A DNA stretch of 64,000 nt from Marsupella aquatica. Lineage: Eukaryota > Plantae > Marchantiophyta. The first letter of the stretch is position 1; each line of letters begins with the position of its first letter. Shown here one piece after another: positions 60,435 to 64,000 of the stretch. The notes under the pieces are model-generated. The model was not told where the DNA came from and made no database searches. It worked only from the letters and a program-made list of their open reading frames with translations. The stretch covers positions 8,332,234 to 8,396,233 of the forward strand of contig OZ316894.1 in assembly GCA_973895155.1 (NCBI GenBank), given 5' to 3'. Position numbers and translations under genes: made by a program.

Positions 60435-62948
60435 ATGGGGTTGACCAAGCAGGAGCCACTGTCAGCGGATGGAAGCAAAGCTACCGAATCAAAGGTGAAT
60501 CGGATGAAGATGGCTCCTCCTCACTTGCTAATGGTTCCCTATCCTGCCCAACCTCACATCCTTCCTATGCTGAGTCTCGCGCGCCAGATAGTGAGCCATG
60601 GGGGAATCAAGATCACTTTCTTGTCCCATCACACGTTAACCAGTCGCATCCCCGAAAGCGAAAGGAATTCAAGTGATTCAATTCAATTCGTCGGCGTTCC
60701 GGATCATCTGCCAGGCTTTGATCCACCGAGTGACCTCCCGGTCAACCCAAAAGTGCTTCGAGAGAGCTTGGAACTAGGGCACTGCATGGGACCCTTTGTA
60801 GACAAGCTGCTGCAAGACCAGGACAGCCTTCTAGGTCCCACCTGCATGATTACGGACTGGATGCATTGGTGGGGAATTGTACGTATGTTCTATGGTTTCA
60901 CGTTGTAAATTCTCACTGTTGTCCGTAGAACTTGCTAGGCACCATTTTGTCGAGGTTTCAGCATTGACTGGTTTGTCTAGCTAGAGCCTGGCTGAAACCC
61001 AGGCCCAGAGGTGTCTTGAAATCAAAGTGTGCAGGGCTCAATTCAAGTCGAGCCTGCTCCTGAACATACCCTTTAGTTAGGAGTTCCTGAGCATGGAGTT
61101 ACGTCGGACAGGTCTACAAGGAGAATCAAATATGTAGTAACAAATGTTGTTTTGCAATTGCTCGGAACGGAAGTAACTCAATTGAGTGAGAGGTGGCTAC
61201 CTGAGTAGAAATGCGGTTTTTGCACAACACGCATAGTTTCCTGGTATGCAGGAAATTGCTGCCAAGTTGAGCATTCCCAGGTTTGTGCTCTGCGTCAGTT
61301 CAGCTACCATGGTGCAACTTACGTTAAATTGCGCTTCGAGTGGATACCTTTTTAATGATAACGATGAATTCAAGCGGGTACCAGGAATACCACCTTTCCA
61401 GATGCACCATATTCTTAAGGAATTGAGGAATGACTACGAATTCCATGAGGCCTTTCTCACCCGGTGGCCCAAGTCTGTCCGGGAATCTGATGGAGTGTTG
61501 GTGAATACGTGCTTGACATTGGAATCTGAAGTCCTCAACTCTATCCGAGACACGGTATGCGCGTCCTACCTGCAAACATCAATCATGCGAGGTCGACTCT
61601 AGGGAACCACGGTACGAAGAAGAAACGAGACTACCCACTAGAAAAGATACAGTAAGGCAGATTACAATTACTTACCCATTTTAATCGGAAGTCCAAGCAC
61701 AAACAAAATCCGTGTCTCATATATATCTAGTCTAATAATACAGAAGGAAGGTTGTCCTAATACAACTGTAAGTCCACACAACATGTTCCGTCTCGCCCAA
61801 GTTCCCCAAAATACAGAAACTAGCAATCAAGATAGAAAATTATTTACAAATGATCTAAAAATCTTGAGAACAAAAACTGCCTCGTATAAGCTTCATTCAA
61901 TATGGAAGAATTGTACAAAAGACAAGTAATTGGATCTATAAACGAGATCCACTTGGAAAGAATAGTCTTTACATAGAAGATGACTTTGTCAAGCCTGTTT
62001 GCCTAATGTTGATCGCAGTAGTCGCTTTCCCATTTAGAGATTTCGTTTCTTGCATGGTTGCATACAGAATTATGAACTTGTTCACTTGTAAACTGTAAAA
62101 ATTTGGTAGGATGTCAACACCATGATTTTGGATCCGGGAGATTGAATAATGAACCGATGGTGGTCATGAACTGACGAACAATTTGGATGTTGCATACAGA
62201 ATTGTGAATTCGTTCATTTGTAAAATGAAAAGATTGAGTCGGATGTCAACGTTATTATTTTAGATCTGGGACATTGAATGATGAACAGATGGTGATTCAT
62301 GAATTGACAAACAATTGGATATTTGCATACAGAATTGTGAACCTGTTAATTTGTAAAATGAAAAAATATGGTAGGATTACGATTTTGGATCCGGGAGATT
62401 GAATAATGAACAGATGGTGATCATGAACTGACAAACAATGCAAAAACATTCAGCTGCAGGGTGACATGCCAGTGCTGCCTGTCGGTCCACTAGGGTTGTC
62501 CCCTGGACTGTTCTCCAAGAATCTCTCGATGGAAGGTCTTCAACTCGCAGACGAAGCCACAGCCCTCAACTGGCTCAGTGAGCAGCCTCCATCATCAGTG
62601 CTGTATGTCAGCTTCGGAACAACCGGCCTGGTAAATCTCGCCAAACGCCATGTGACCGAATTGGCAAAGGGATTGGAGGCCTCCGGCCAAAGATTTGTGT
62701 GGGTGGTCAGAGCCCCTCCAGGTGTGGACGAGAACGACCCCGAACTGCTTCCTCAAGGATTTGAAGAGAGAGTGAAGGGACGAGGATTGCTGCTGAGGGG
62801 TTGGGCTCCACAGCTCAAGATTCTGGCCCATCCTTCAACCGGGGCGTTCTTGAGTTCCTGTGGCTGGAACTCTGCCATTGAGACTCTCGCCCTCGGTGTT
62901 CCTGTCATCGGATGGCCTTCGTATGCTGATCAGCCTGTTGTCGCCAGG
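60435..62948 (+). CDS. Family-1 UDP-glycosyltransferase (at least 4 exons; final exon not identified in the window)
   Basis: Exons 60435(or later ATG)-60878 (HLLMVPYPAQPHILPM..CMITDW), 61252-61554 (GVLVNTCLTLE) and 62454/62460-62948 (WLSEQPPSSVLYVSFG, SGQRFVWVVR, PSPG box WAPQLKILAHPSTGAFLSSCGWNS..PSYADQ), followed by a GT donor. Confidence 0.92.
62058..62439. repeat. Intronic tandem repeat, ~132-bp unit x3, in UGT intron 2
   Basis: ttgcatacagaatt(a/g)tgaa starts at 62058, 62190 and 62323; the array ends ~15 bp before the acceptor. Confidence 0.9.
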
Positions 62949-64000
62949 TTAGTGCACTATTTGAGTGAAATTTTTAACGGCAAAGTATTAGTGCTCGATC
63001 GATGCATTGCAGTCCTTCTCATATGTCATTCCTCCTGAGATACTTTCTTAGATTTAGTGTACATACAGGGCCTCTCAAATACAATGAATATTTGCGCGTG
63101 TTTGGGAGTCTTGTGACCTTGTTTGGGAGTGCTGTGGGGAACAACTAGTCGGGGCCGTGAGTGGTGACTGAAACTGCTGGCCGACTGCTATGAGGAGAGG
63201 ACCCGGTTTCAGTATCTTCATTGACTCACCTTGCTATTTTCACATACACAAAACCCTTTCAAATTTGAGAGCCTGAAAATATCACTGCCCCACTATATCC
63301 AGTTTAGGTGCGTCCGAGTGCATTGCAGGACACCTTTGAGGTGGGGTTTTTTTCAATAGTTGAGACGCCCTACTAAAGCTTCCCAAAAGTCATGAAAATT
63401 AGTAACCTCTCCCCCAAACTATTCTAAGTGACACCTCGACCCTCAATTTGTGCATGGGGCTGACTGAACTACCGTGGTTAACCCTTGAACCCCCATGATG
63501 AGTCCGCTGCAATTTGGCAAGGTGTGATTGGTACTGCCCACACTCGGTCAACATTGCCCCAAACTGGGCCAGCCGTTCCCCATCGTGACCATGCAAAGGA
63601 GTGGCACAAGTCGCAGGAGACGGTCTGCAAGTGCAAGGGAGGTTATTGATGGGTGAGTGTCGGGTATTGAGGTGGTCTTGATGGGGTTCAGCAGGACCAA
63701 TTGTGCCTCGCCAGTGGCATTGAAAATTGGATCTGTTCGGGGGACAGGTTAGTAAAAAATGGGCTTTACGTATGGTGCTCAAGGGAACTAAAGTATGGGG
63801 ACCTCCTCAAACTGATTGTGATAGGAGGGTTATGGAGAATAATACCAAACATCAAAGAACATACCCAGTAGATATATACCATATTAGGTTGCATATCATG
63901 GAGTTGGGTGAGGTAATAATTTCATTCACTTCTTGGTTATCTTCTCTTCTTTTCTAATTGTCTCTACGTGTAATGCAAATCATGAAAATACATTATAATC

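Overview
Eukaryotic nuclear DNA from a non-seed land plant (probably a bryophyte; inferred from protein style and intron-rich genes). Host genes, all on +: a tandem pair of 16-exon receptor-like kinases (6675-16790, 22364-32041), VPS54 (41536-49428), HYPK (54421-55436) and a family-1 UDP-glycosyltransferase (60435 to at least 62948). Between them lie two decayed Ty1/copia elements, a transposase relic, a TA-flanked pogo/Tc1-like non-autonomous element, several MITEs and many short tandem duplications. The best lead is the receptor pair. Each joins a SYMRK/LRR-I-type malectin-like + GDPC + LRR ectodomain, with an unusual Pro/Ser island, to an LRR-VIII-2/DLSV-type kinase. The paralogs differ mainly in the malectin-like domain, and copy 1 carries a possible new in-frame 45-nt exon. 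Exon boundaries were read by eye from GT-AG sites and reading frame, and family assignments are from recalled motifs, not searches.
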